Origin: Diplonema japonicum
Lineage: Eukaryota > Protista > Euglenozoa: Diplonemea
Assembly: GCA_964019335.1 (NCBI GenBank)
Contig: OZ025680.1
Span: forward strand, 248,001 to 312,000
Direction: 5' to 3'
DNA length: 64,000 nt
The notes under the pieces were generated by a model. That model was not told the origin of the DNA, did not search any database, and saw only the letters and a list, made by a program, of their open reading frames with translations. Position numbers and translations under genes: made by a program. Each line of letters begins with the position of its first letter. Within the stretch, counting starts at the first letter, position 1. This document shows, one piece after another, positions 1 to 9,778 of the stretch.

Positions 1-796
1 AGCCCCGGACCAGTACCCAGTAGAACAGAGGAAGGGATGTGGTGCGTGGAGAAAACACGAATAACGCCAAAATCGCCCGTGAATGATTTTTTTTTTCTTT
101 TCTTTCTTTTTTTTTTCTTTTTTTTTTTTTGAATAAATACCTTTGCATTCTATTTTTGCATTTTATTTTATTTTATTTTATTTTCTTTTTTGTTTTCTCA
201 TACTCTTCTTTTTTTTTTTCTTTTTTTTTCTGGGGATGTTGCAGCCCACACCCAAGTTACATAAAGGAAGCACCTACCAGTGATAGACTCCACAGGAAGT
301 GCGTGGTGTGAAAGAGATCAGGGCAGTGGACGGAACTATATAAGATATGAAGAAAACAACAGGAAGAAGAGAGCTTTGTGAAAGTTGTGAAAGTTGGGAG
401 AGTTAGATTCAACTGAAGTTAGAAGATAAACTGGCTGGCGTTGTGTACAAATGGCAGAGACGTAATGAGTGCCTTTGTGTTGCTTGGGAGAGAGAAACAA
501 AGAGATAGAAAAAAAAAGATTCTATTTTTCACCTCTTTCGGGTCAGAGATCCCGATTTTTTTTTTCTTTTTCTTTTTCTTTTTTTTCGCTACGGATCCGT
601 TAAATGAGCGCAAGTGCCCCTACCATGGGAAACGAAAACAAAAATTCCAATTGCAATCACAACATGACACAGTTACCTTATTTTGAAAAGACGCCACCAG
701 GCTGCTCCTATGGATCGCAGTGGTGGCTAACAAAGAAAAAGGTTTACTTAATCAAAATTGTAGTGCAAGCGATATGGTTGGTCAATTGTTCTTTGC

Positions 797-1141
797 AAGG
801 TGCGAACGCAACTGGTGCGCAACGTAAACACCTCACAAAAGCAACTGACCCACGAGAATGAAGTGGGGAAAAAAAAAAAAAATAGCTGTTTCATCGGAAG
901 AAAATAAAAGCATTTCTAGAATATCCGTGAAGAAGCATGGGAGGGGGGGGGTCATTAAACAAATCAGAAAAAGGTAAATCAAACTGGTCCAAGGGTGCAA
1001 CGAAACTGGCGCGCAAACCAAAAGCGACTGACCCACGAGAATAGGGGCGGGAAGTAGAAAATGGGAAGAAGAAAAAAGAAAAAAGAAGAATAAAGTGGTC
1101 CGCAGTTTCATCGGACGAGATAAGAGAATATAATCCATGAA
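797..1141. repeat. Degenerate tandem duplication (~140-150 bp units at ~797-930 and ~991-1141)
   Basis: Shared blocks ggtgc..actgg(t/c)gcgcaa, caaaagc(a/g)actgacccacgagaat and gtttcatcgga occur in the same order in both units. Confidence 0.6.
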
Positions 1142-1476
1142 AGGCAAAGGGGGATGATTTCCAGTAGTAGTAGTGATTTGGATATGTTGTGTTGAACTGA
1201 GAGGGAAAGAAAGGCAGCTGCGTGTGGCGTCCGGGATTTGTACGAATTCATGTTTGTCGAGACACCCCGTTATTTTGCACGAAAGCTCCAGAGAAGATCT
1301 TGCAGAAGGGTGCTCGGAAACAAAAAGAATTAATTTAAACAACAATAATTCACTATGATAGGAACGAAGTGGTTAGCAACGGCCCGAAAGAATAAACAAA
1401 AAGATTAAGAACATAAGAAAGAAGAACAAATAAAAATAGAATAATTTAAAACAAATATTTTTTCCCTTGTCCCCGC

Positions 1477-4400
1477 CTAAACAACGGTTGTACGCTCCTC
1501 TTTGACGGGTTCGCTATCCGAGAAGGCGGCCTTTGGCTTGCGCAGGAAGAAGTAGTAGACGAGGAAAGCAACGACAGCGACAACAACAAGAGAGCCGAAC
1601 ACGATGCCGACGATGGCGCCCGTCGAGAGCGAGTCGCCCCCGTCGCCCCCCTGCTGGTCCTCCTCCTTCGGAGTAGGAAGCGGTGCCCTCTCGTTGGTCA
1701 CGGTCACGTCCTGCAGCTCCCCGCCCAGCCGGCCCTCGATCATTGCCTTGTTCGCCTGCAGCCTGTCTCGCACCGCCCCATTGTCCATCTCAGAGGGGAC
1801 CCTCAGGTCTGCCCTCACCGTGATGCTCTCCGCCGATCCTTGCTGTGTTGTTATTGCTGCACGCCCTGTCGAAGAGGCTCCCTCCCCACAGGTCACGCAG
1901 TACCCGCTTGTCGCCCTTTCCAGACACACGTTGAAGCAGCTCGCCCTCCCCCCCAGCAACAGCTCCAGTGCGGGCATGAGGTCCCTGCTCCCCGCCACAG
2001 CCTTCCCCATGTCGCTCGAGGCGATGCGGAAGACTGCCTGCACCCCCCTCAGCCCGGTCTCGGGGGAGAGAGTCACCGGCTCCTGCGTGGGAGGGACGGG
2101 TTCAGGTTCCAACGTGGGTGCGGCGGTGACCGGGGGATCCCTGCAGAAGTGCCTTGCCGTGAAGCCCGCTCCCTCTGTTCCGAGGTCGGAGGTGAAGTGC
2201 AGGTACAGGTCCCCGGTGCTGGCAAGAACAGTCGTCTCGTTCCCCGTCACCTCCCCCAGCCACGCCCCCTCCCGCCCGTAGACCCCCACCTTGTCGAAAC
2301 CGGGCTCCAACGAGGCCTCCAACGTCACCCTCGACTCGTGTCCAGCAGGGCACCCAAACCTCCAGCAGCGGCTCTTCAAAGGAAGGTAATCCTCCCTCTC
2401 CGCCTCATCTCCCGAATCAGCAGCAGCAGCAGCAGCAGCAGGGTACTGTACAGTGCGGGAGTAGCTCTCAAAAGAGTGGTCACAGTTCCTGTCGTTCTTC
2501 CCCCACGCGATCGGGTTGCTCGGAACACTCAGCTCGACGCTCCTCTCCGGTACCTCCTCCCCACACAGCCAGCGCAGCTCGAACTTGCTGTCCACCGTCT
2601 CGTCAAAGGCCGCCTTCACCACAATGTCGCCCGTGTAGCCAACATGCACCGTCCCCGTCCCTGTGAACCTGTCCAGCGGGGTCCTTCCGTCAGCCTTGTA
2701 CACCTCCACGTAGTCGTACCCAGCCTCAAGCTCCAGGTTCATCGTCAGCACCTTCACAGGCTTCTCGCAGGTCAGCCGGACACACTTCTCCCTCTGCAAG
2801 GTCAAGGATCCGGTGTCGCTGCCGTAGGTGCTGTAGGCAGAGCAGTGCTCCTTCACCGGGATCAAGGACGAGTAGTCGCACGTCCAGGAGAACGACGCGG
2901 CCGACCCCAGGGGGAGCGCGGCCTCCAGCGACACCGCCGCCGTTTTCGTCATCCTCACCGTGGGGTTTGCCGGACCGAGAGGCAACCCATCGCCGTCGCT
3001 GTTGCTGTTGCTCTTGACAGAGAGGGCCGCCCCAGAAACGTGTGTAAGGGTCAAAGGCACGCTGTAGTCGCAAGTGAGGTCCCAGCAGTGCACAGGGCTG
3101 TCCCTCTCCACCTCCACAAGCCCAGGTACCCTGCTTTGAGGAGCGCATTTATAGTTCCAGCTCACCTGTGCCCAGCCACCCCCACTCTTCGTCATCAGCA
3201 CCGCGTTCCTCGTCACCTCCATGATCTGGTACTGGTAGCCGTTCCCTCCCACGATCCTGTAATTCTCCACCTCGTCCCCTGTGTCCACCTCGAAGCGCCC
3301 GTCGCCTTCTCTCAGGTCGTACGCCACATTGATGTACAGTCGCTCCGGCGGATTCAGCGTGATGTACCAGCAGGTTGTCGTCTCGTCCGTCTCGTTCGTG
3401 CTGAAGCTTCCGGACCACCCGGAGAGGCGTTGGCAGTCTCCCGTGGGTGGCGACAGGGTTCTCGGAGCATCCGTCTCGGGAACCCCGCACGTCCAGTCCA
3501 AGGAGAAGGCCTCCCCGAGCCCGTAGGTCCCGATGTTTCGGATGTTCGAGGTCACCACCACGTCCCCCGTCAGGCTCACCACAATGCTGCGCACAAGGTT
3601 CGCCGCGTATCTGTTGCTGTCCACCACCTGCACGTAGTTCCCCTGAGTCCCCTGGGTCCCCCCCAGAGTGAGGTTCAGCGTCACCGTCTGGTCGCATCGG
3701 ATCGTCCAGCACTCCTTCCCAGTCTCCTCCACGTCTTGGCGGGGATAGGTGAGCACAGCGGCCGTCAGGTCCTGGCACTTGCACGACCAGTTCAGCGTCA
3801 TTGCCTTCCGCGTCCTCCCCAACACCGCAGAGTTCACGTTCGTCGCGACAACCCTGGTCCTGCAGTCAGCCGTCGCAAGAGGGTTCTCCTCCGTGTCGAG
3901 GAGCGGGGTGGAGTAGCCGCACGTCGTTGTGAAACCCCTGAACACAATCTTCTGCGAGGGGAGGGGACACCGGAAGTGCCAGCAGTCCACACCCATCGCA
4001 TCCTCCCCGTTGATCCGGAACCTGTCGTTCTTTTCGTCGTTGTCGTTGTTGTAGTCGACCGTGGTGCAAGACCCCCACCGCCCGCAGCCCCAGCTCAGGG
4101 TCGCGCTCCCGTGGACCACCACCTGCGTTCGGTGTGCGAGGTGCCTGCTCATGAAGGTGTCTTGCCCCCGTACAACCGTCCCCGTCTCCAGGTCCAACAA
4201 GGTCACAGAGCCCACGAGGTTCGCCGCAGAGAAGAGGGACTCCCCGTCGCACCCCACCCGGAAGCAGTCGCCGTTCACCACCGAGGTCGGTGTCCTCGCA
4301 GGGAGCTCCGGACACGGGTCTGCGGGAAGGCAGTTGAACTCCAATTCGAAGGTGCTGAAGGGGCGTGTCTCGTAGACCACCACAACCTCCAGGTTCCCGT

Positions 4401-6606
4401 TCGTGCTGACCCTGTCGGAGGAGCCTTCCCCGAACCCCACCCTCTGCAGCAGCATCTGCTGAGCCCCGTCCCTGATCTCGATGCTCTCGTTGTAGGCGAT
4501 GTGCCACTTCGCGTTCACGACCTCAGACCTCCCCCCGCCCCCGCACTCCAGCAGGTACTTCACAGTCGACCCCGCCGTCGCCTTCCTCGTCACCAGCGCT
4601 GTAGAGCTGACCGTCACTGCACGCCCCTCTTCGAACCCGGGGGGGGTAAAGGGAGCAGGTTCCGGGAGGGGGTTGTTTTTGCACGTCCAGCTGAAGCGGA
4701 ACCCACTCCCCTTCGGGTGGAACCCGGACCTGAAGCGGACCCTCAAGGATCTTCCGAAGGAGCGTGGAGGGGGAGCTGCCTGCCCACTCAGGTGCGTCGC
4801 GACCACCCACTCGCCGTCATCCTTCTCCTCTTCCAGGGTCAGCAGGTCGGTGTTGTCCTCGCTCGTCACGTCCAGGTACTGCCACCTCACCTCCATGTGC
4901 TGCGTGCTGCAGCTCAGTGTCCAGCACTCGTCTGCGAACGCGGGGTAGCGCCCATTGTCCACCGGGTAGCTCAGCACACCACCACCACCACCACCACCAC
5001 CACCACCACCACCTTCTTCTTCGGAAGAGGGAGCCACCGCCGTGCACCTTGGCCTCATCATCGGTGTCTTGCACTCCCAAGAGAACTCGAACTGAGCACC
5101 AACACTCCTCGTTTGAGAGGACACAATCATCGCAGCACCACCGGGGACGACCAAAGGGTGTCCGGGGGAGGTGTCCCCCTCCCACACCTCCTGCTCCGGT
5201 TGGTAGAAGTTGTCCAGACTGTGCAGGTTTGCGAGGTTCATCCCGTCGCTCGGCTCGACAGAACCCATCGTGACGTGGAGCTCCTCCCCGACCGTTGGGC
5301 AGAGCATCACCCAGCACTTCGACTCGAATCGAGTGGTCTTGTAGGACACGGTACCTGTTGTCGAGGTGCTAGGGACGACGCTGCCCCCACAGATGCCCGT
5401 CCCCAGGAACTGAGCCCCGTCTCCCGGGGTCGTCGACTGGCTCTCGTCGCACCGCATGAACAGCGCCTTGTTCGGGGTTGCCTTCACCAGCACTCCCTCC
5501 AGAGCCGACTCCCGCAGCCACACCTTCACGTCCAACGGGGATGCTGCAGGGTTCCCGCTCAAGAAGGCGGCCGCCGCCCCTGCCGCGTAGCCGGCCGCCG
5601 CAGAAGACCCAGACTTCGTCACCCCGCCGTCCAGATCGTCTGCAGAGGCCCCCAGAACCCCCTCACCAGGCGCGAAGAGGTCAGCGTACAGCACAGAGCC
5701 GGTGGTCTCCCCTTCCTTGTTGTGGGCCCCGACAGTGATCACCTCGTCCACCCTTTTGGAGAGAGTGTTCCCCCTGTTGTTCCCGGAAGAGGTCACCACC
5801 GATATCCCGAGCTCAATGAGGGCGCGAACCGCCATGCGCACCGTCTCAGAATCACTGGGGTCGAAGGCCATCACCACGAGGGAGGGGGGCTGTCTCATCA
5901 TCTTGCTGGTGACAGCAACCTGCGTCAGCGCCTCCACCACCCTGCTGCGCAACACGGTCCCAGAGGAGGAAACCACCTTCGTCGACATCACAGTGGCCCG
6001 CCTCGCCACGCCGTAGGTGCTTCCCGCGACAAGGCTCGCGACGTAGGTCCCGTGGCCGTTGTCGTCTCTCTGCAGCTCATCGCTCACCACCCCTTTGTAG
6101 TCCAACCCGTTGTAGCAGCGCCCCTTCAGCTCCCTGTGCCCGCACTCCACTCCAGTGTCGAGGACGAACACATAGACCCCTTCTCCCCACTCAGAGTTGT
6201 GCTTGAAGGATTGTTGGCTTCTGGTGCTGGTGCTGGTGCTGCTGCTGCTGCTTGCCTCCCAGTCCTGCCTGTGTGTGAGCCTGCTGAGACCCCAGAGCCC
6301 TTCCGCCCCAGCAGCCTCCTCGACACAGCCCCCAGGCATCGCGTGCAGCACGTCTTCGTGGACAACATCACGCTCCACAGCCACCCTCCCCTCGAGGAAC
6401 TGTTCAAGCTGCTCCACCTCCCTCTCGCTCACCCCTTTGCAATGCACCGCACTGAAACCCCCGAACTTGAAGGCCGCGCTGCTGGTCCCACACACACGGC
6501 GCACCTCCCGCACGTCCGCCTCCGTGCTGTTCCTGTGCATGGTAACGAGGTATCCCGCGTCGCTCAGCACCCCTGCGCACAGCAAGGGGAGAAGCAAGGC
6601 TCCCAT
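1477..6606 (-). CDS. Type I membrane subtilisin-like (S8) serine protease with I9-like prodomain and multiple CUB/CUB-like domains (copy 1, ~1709 aa)
   Basis: True start is MGALLLPLLCAG (ATG at 6606); the ORF-track extension is (GT)n/poly-A. Triad motifs VLDTG, DDNGHGTYVA and SGSSAA (GTSMA-like), oxyanion SGNN. CUB-like segments such as CWTLSC...LRVRFRSG...GFRFSWTC and CWRFGC...LYLHFTSD...GFTA. C-terminal TM GAIVGIVFGSLVVVAVVAFLVYYFFL. Confidence 0.9.
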   Translation of the reverse strand: MGALLLPLLCAGVLSDAGYLVTMHRNSTEADVREVRRVCGTSSAAFKFGGFSAVHCKGVSEREVEQLEQFLEGRVAVERDVVHEDVLHAMPGGCVEEAAGAEGLWGLSRLTHRQDWEASSSSSTSTSTRSQQSFKHNSEWGEGVYVFVLDTGVECGHRELKGRCYNGLDYKGVVSDELQRDDNGHGTYVASLVAGSTYGVARRATVMSTKVVSSSGTVLRSRVVEALTQVAVTSKMMRQPPSLVVMAFDPSDSETVRMAVRALIELGISVVTSSGNNRGNTLSKRVDEVITVGAHNKEGETTGSVLYADLFAPGEGVLGASADDLDGGVTKSGSSAAAGYAAGAAAAFLSGNPAASPLDVKVWLRESALEGVLVKATPNKALFMRCDESQSTTPGDGAQFLGTGICGGSVVPSTSTTGTVSYKTTRFESKCWVMLCPTVGEELHVTMGSVEPSDGMNLANLHSLDNFYQPEQEVWEGDTSPGHPLVVPGGAAMIVSSQTRSVGAQFEFSWECKTPMMRPRCTAVAPSSEEEGGGGGGGGGGGGVLSYPVDNGRYPAFADECWTLSCSTQHMEVRWQYLDVTSEDNTDLLTLEEEKDDGEWVVATHLSGQAAPPPRSFGRSLRVRFRSGFHPKGSGFRFSWTCKNNPLPEPAPFTPPGFEEGRAVTVSSTALVTRKATAGSTVKYLLECGGGGRSEVVNAKWHIAYNESIEIRDGAQQMLLQRVGFGEGSSDRVSTNGNLEVVVVYETRPFSTFELEFNCLPADPCPELPARTPTSVVNGDCFRVGCDGESLFSAANLVGSVTLLDLETGTVVRGQDTFMSRHLAHRTQVVVHGSATLSWGCGRWGSCTTVDYNNDNDEKNDRFRINGEDAMGVDCWHFRCPLPSQKIVFRGFTTTCGYSTPLLDTEENPLATADCRTRVVATNVNSAVLGRTRKAMTLNWSCKCQDLTAAVLTYPRQDVEETGKECWTIRCDQTVTLNLTLGGTQGTQGNYVQVVDSNRYAANLVRSIVVSLTGDVVVTSNIRNIGTYGLGEAFSLDWTCGVPETDAPRTLSPPTGDCQRLSGWSGSFSTNETDETTTCWYITLNPPERLYINVAYDLREGDGRFEVDTGDEVENYRIVGGNGYQYQIMEVTRNAVLMTKSGGGWAQVSWNYKCAPQSRVPGLVEVERDSPVHCWDLTCDYSVPLTLTHVSGAALSVKSNSNSDGDGLPLGPANPTVRMTKTAAVSLEAALPLGSAASFSWTCDYSSLIPVKEHCSAYSTYGSDTGSLTLQREKCVRLTCEKPVKVLTMNLELEAGYDYVEVYKADGRTPLDRFTGTGTVHVGYTGDIVVKAAFDETVDSKFELRWLCGEEVPERSVELSVPSNPIAWGKNDRNCDHSFESYSRTVQYPAAAAAAADSGDEAEREDYLPLKSRCWRFGCPAGHESRVTLEASLEPGFDKVGVYGREGAWLGEVTGNETTVLASTGDLYLHFTSDLGTEGAGFTARHFCRDPPVTAAPTLEPEPVPPTQEPVTLSPETGLRGVQAVFRIASSDMGKAVAGSRDLMPALELLLGGRASCFNVCLERATSGYCVTCGEGASSTGRAAITTQQGSAESITVRADLRVPSEMDNGAVRDRLQANKAMIEGRLGGELQDVTVTNERAPLPTPKEEDQQGGDGGDSLSTGAIVGIVFGSLVVVAVVAFLVYYFFLRKPKAAFSDSEPVKEERTTVV

Positions 6607-6862
6607 TGTTCTTGGTTTCTTTTTTTTTTTTTTTTTTTTAACGAGTAAACTGTTGAAAAGGTAAAAAAGCAATGTGAAGAGAGTGCCAAGGAGAGAATAG
6701 CAGAAAGAAAAGAGAGAAAGAGAGGGAGAAGCAGCGATCGCTTTTAAGTTCTTAGAAAAACAAAACAAAAGAAAAATGGGTAGATATCTTCTCGAAATTA
6801 TCGACGAAGAAAATTTAAAAAAAGAAAAAGGAAATGGGTGTTTGAAGTAGTCACCCCTTTCC

Positions 6863-6863
<1 letters not shown>

Positions 6864-6915
<52 letters not shown>
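6864..6915. repeat. (CA)n microsatellite (also at ~54610-54661)
   Basis: Perfect CA dinucleotide run. Confidence 0.95.
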
Positions 6916-6918
<3 letters not shown>

Positions 6919-7066
6919 CCTTCATGGATCAGTACCCTCGAAAGAGCCACATGAAGGGGTGTTTTTTTGGGAGAAGGGACAACTCTGGCAGAAAACAAAC
7001 AAAATAGAGAGAGGGAAAAGCATAAGAAACACAAACACAACTTCTTTCAATCAGCAGTAGTGAAGA

Positions 7067-7097
<31 letters not shown>

Positions 7098-7249
7098 TCC
7101 TTTTCCACCGTGTTCGACAAAGAGAAGAAAAGAATTCCCTGCGATGGGCGAGTGTGTTAGCAACAACGCCCATCCAAAGAAAAAGAAAGGAGGGGAATAT
7201 ATAGGAGAAGACTGGGGTCCCTGATCCGGGAACCCCTCATCCTTTTCTC

Positions 7250-7285
<36 letters not shown>

Positions 7286-7543
7286 AAAAACACCATTCCC
7301 CTTGCTGCTGCTGCTGGGGTGGTGGGAATAAAAAGAAAGAAGAATTGAAGAATTTAAAAAAAAAAAAGAGAGACATTTAAGGGTACCTGCGGTGTGTGGC
7401 AGGACGCCTAAAAAAAAAAAAAAAAAAAAAACCGTCCTTTTTGAGACACATAGGACGGATAGGTGTTTGCTGCTCCGTGGTAAAAAAAATAGAGAGAGGG
7501 GGGTCTCTTTTGCTTTCTCTTCTCTTTTTTTTTCCCCACTCTA

Positions 7544-8182
7544 TCACTCTCTTGTCTCCCTCCTCACAATTCTCATGGGAAGCTCTGCGGTGGTTGCGAA
7601 GATGATCCTCCCGCAGAGGGCGAGGCAGTCCCTCCCGTTGCACTGCTGGTGGCAGCCATCGTGCGCGACGTCGAAGCACTCCTCGTCTGCCCCGCAGGTG
7701 GTGGGGTGGATCCCACCGCAGGCCTGCCCAGTTGTCTTCGCGCACACCCCGAGGCAGTCCGCTCCCCCGCAGTCCGGGCTGCACTCCTTCCTGTACATGC
7801 AGGTCTCCCCAGTCCCGCACTGCAGCCCTGCAACCCCCCCGCACTCCTTCTCCACCTTCACCTCGAAGCACTTCCCCAGGCAGTCCCTCCCGTTGCACCC
7901 TGCGTTGCACCCGTCAGCCACAGTGTCCACACACATCTCCTCTCCCTTGCACTTCAGCCCAGCGATCCCCCCGCACTCCCCGTACTTCCTCTTCGCACAG
8001 ATCCCTCCGCAGTCCGCTCCCCCGCACTCCTTCACACACCCCGTGTTCCGAGGGTCCGGGATGCACTCCAACCCAGAGGGGCAGCCAAGGCCCGCGATCC
8101 CCCCGCACTGCATCGGTTCCGCCGCTCCAACCACTGCCACCACAGCCATCATCACAGACAACAAAGCAAGAGGAGAGCTCAT
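7544..8182 (-). CDS. Secreted Cys-rich repeat protein (4 x CGGIAGLxC...GxDCxGxC), copy 1
   Basis: Signal peptide MSSPLALLSVMMAVVAVVGA followed by four ~43-aa repeats, each with 6 Cys. Confidence 0.85.
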   Translation of the reverse strand: MSSPLALLSVMMAVVAVVGAAEPMQCGGIAGLGCPSGLECIPDPRNTGCVKECGGADCGGICAKRKYGECGGIAGLKCKGEEMCVDTVADGCNAGCNGRDCLGKCFEVKVEKECGGVAGLQCGTGETCMYRKECSPDCGGADCLGVCAKTTGQACGGIHPTTCGADEECFDVAHDGCHQQCNGRDCLALCGRIIFATTAELPMRIVRRETRE

Positions 8183-9088
8183 TTTTCGAGGGAGGGTTTT
8201 TCTTTTTTTTGTTGAGAATACGGTAAAAAGTAACCTTTTTGATTTTTTTGGTTAATAGTTGTTGTGTTGTCTTGAGGACAGGGAACTAAAAATAAAAAAG
8301 AATAGAAGGTAACTTCTGTGTGGCCAAGAAGAAGGAGAAGAGATGGAGGAGGAGAAGGCAGGACAGGAGGAAGAAGAATAAGATACAACCGTAAAACAGC
8401 ACACAAAGTATTCTATTTCTTTTTATATTTTTCTTCCCTTTTAAATACTAAAGGATCAACTGCAAATGGACCGTTCCCACTGAAGAAGTCACTGTGCTTC
8501 CTAATGTGGGGGTGTAGAGTCCCCAGTGTCACACCCCTTTTTACTCTGCTACATGTTTTACGGTTCTTTCCGGCTTTCCCCCCTGTCCCTGCCGACTTGC
8601 AACACCTGCACCATTCCATTATATTACTAGCCCAACACAGCAAGCACACGGGTGCTCGAAAAGAGAAAAAAAAGAATATTTTTTGAAAACAAGAGCATAG
8701 TAGCACTCTATTTTTTTCCCCCCTCTTTTTTTTTTTCTTTCTTCCCACTTTATTCTTTTCTCGGCCCCTCAAACGAGAGAAAACATGCCACACGTCCCAC
8801 GAGCAGGGGGAGGGGTGCTATAGCACGGTGGCTATGATGCACTCCTCCCCAACATGTGGTACACAACAGGACCAAAAGAGAAAAAGAAAAAGAGAAAAAG
8901 AGGAAAAAAAAAAAAAAAAAAAAAGAAGAAGAGAGAAAAAAATAAGTGAGCACATGTAAGGAGGAAGGAAAATGAAACCAGCGAGGCAACAAGAGGAGGT
9001 CCGCTTGTTGGCCCCACCTGAGTCAAGAAAACAATCAGATCGCGAAAACTAAAACACCGCTAAAAACTTTTCAGTCCTCACTCCTCCT

Positions 9089-9778
9089 TTACCTACAACC
9101 AGCAGGCTTCGTCCCTTCCCAGTCCTTGCAAACTGTCTCGAGGAGGTTGTCGCTGTTCCTGAGGACCTTCCCGTTCACTGTGAAGTAGGGGACGTAGTTG
9201 AGACCCTTGACCATGACGGTGGCCCTGGCTGCGACAGCCATGAGGGTCTTCCCGGAGGAGCCCGACTGGCAGGAGGTGATGACCGCCGGGTTCAGGTTGT
9301 ACTGCTGCGCACACTTCTCCATGTGCGCCTTCGACCCCGCACCGGGCTCGTGCGCCTCGTAGCAGTCCACGAAGGGCATGTACTTCCACGGGTCGTTGTT
9401 CGTCATGTTCTTCACGCACACCTCCACGAGGTTCCCGTAGCACTCCCCGCTCCCGTGCTGGCAGTTGATCGGCCCCGTGAAGCAGTCCGACGGGATCGGC
9501 GGCGTCGCCCCAAGCCCGCACTTCCTCTTCCAGCACGAGTAGTCGTTCTTCGGGTCCGCGCACTCCTTGATCTCCACGAACGCGTTCCCGAACGGCACGT
9601 AGTCGAAGTCCATGATCCCCTGGATCCCCTCCGCCGCTAGGGTCTGCTTCACAGGTCCCTTCACGGCCGCCTTGCACCCGGGTCACAGAGACTCCCCGTA
9701 GAACATCACCTCCACCTTCTCCTGACCGCTCACCGCAACCGCAAGCAGCAGCACCGAGGCAACAGATCTTCCGAGCAT
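9089..9778 (-). CDS. GILT: GILT (gamma-interferon-inducible lysosomal thiol reductase) family protein with in-frame TGA in a UxxC motif; probable selenoprotein (229 aa), copy 1
   Basis: The frame extends upstream of the tracked ORF: MLGRSVASVLLLAVAVSGQEKVEVMFYGESL[TGA 9685-9683]PGC. GILT signatures YxESLCPxC, VPFGNA, CQHGxxECxxN and YVP are present. Confidence 0.88.

Noticed and set aside
1-45. Resemblance to the ingi/L1Tc 5' signature (ccagtaccc...ggaag), also near 48284 and 39186
   Set aside because: Too short and degenerate, no complete fold, and truncated by the window edge.
1840-6648. 1602-aa plus-strand ORF (and similar antisense ORFs at 13353-16139, 23936-25507 and 49583-54394)
   Set aside because: Shadow ORFs produced by high-GC3 codon usage on the opposite strand; no recognisable motifs.
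6607-6915. N-terminal CVCVCV/poly-K extension of the protease
   Set aside because: Translation of a (GT)n microsatellite and UTR; the signal peptide starts at 6606.
8971-9025. AUGA...AA...GA SECIS-like pattern on the plus strand
   Set aside because: It is antisense to GILT, and the helix pairs poorly on that strand (A-C mismatches where the minus strand has G-U).
9683-9685. Genome-wide UGA reassignment (Trp or Cys)
   Set aside because: TGA terminates many genes here (e.g. 7544, 11373, 19192, 29470) and appears in frame only at the redox Cys position.
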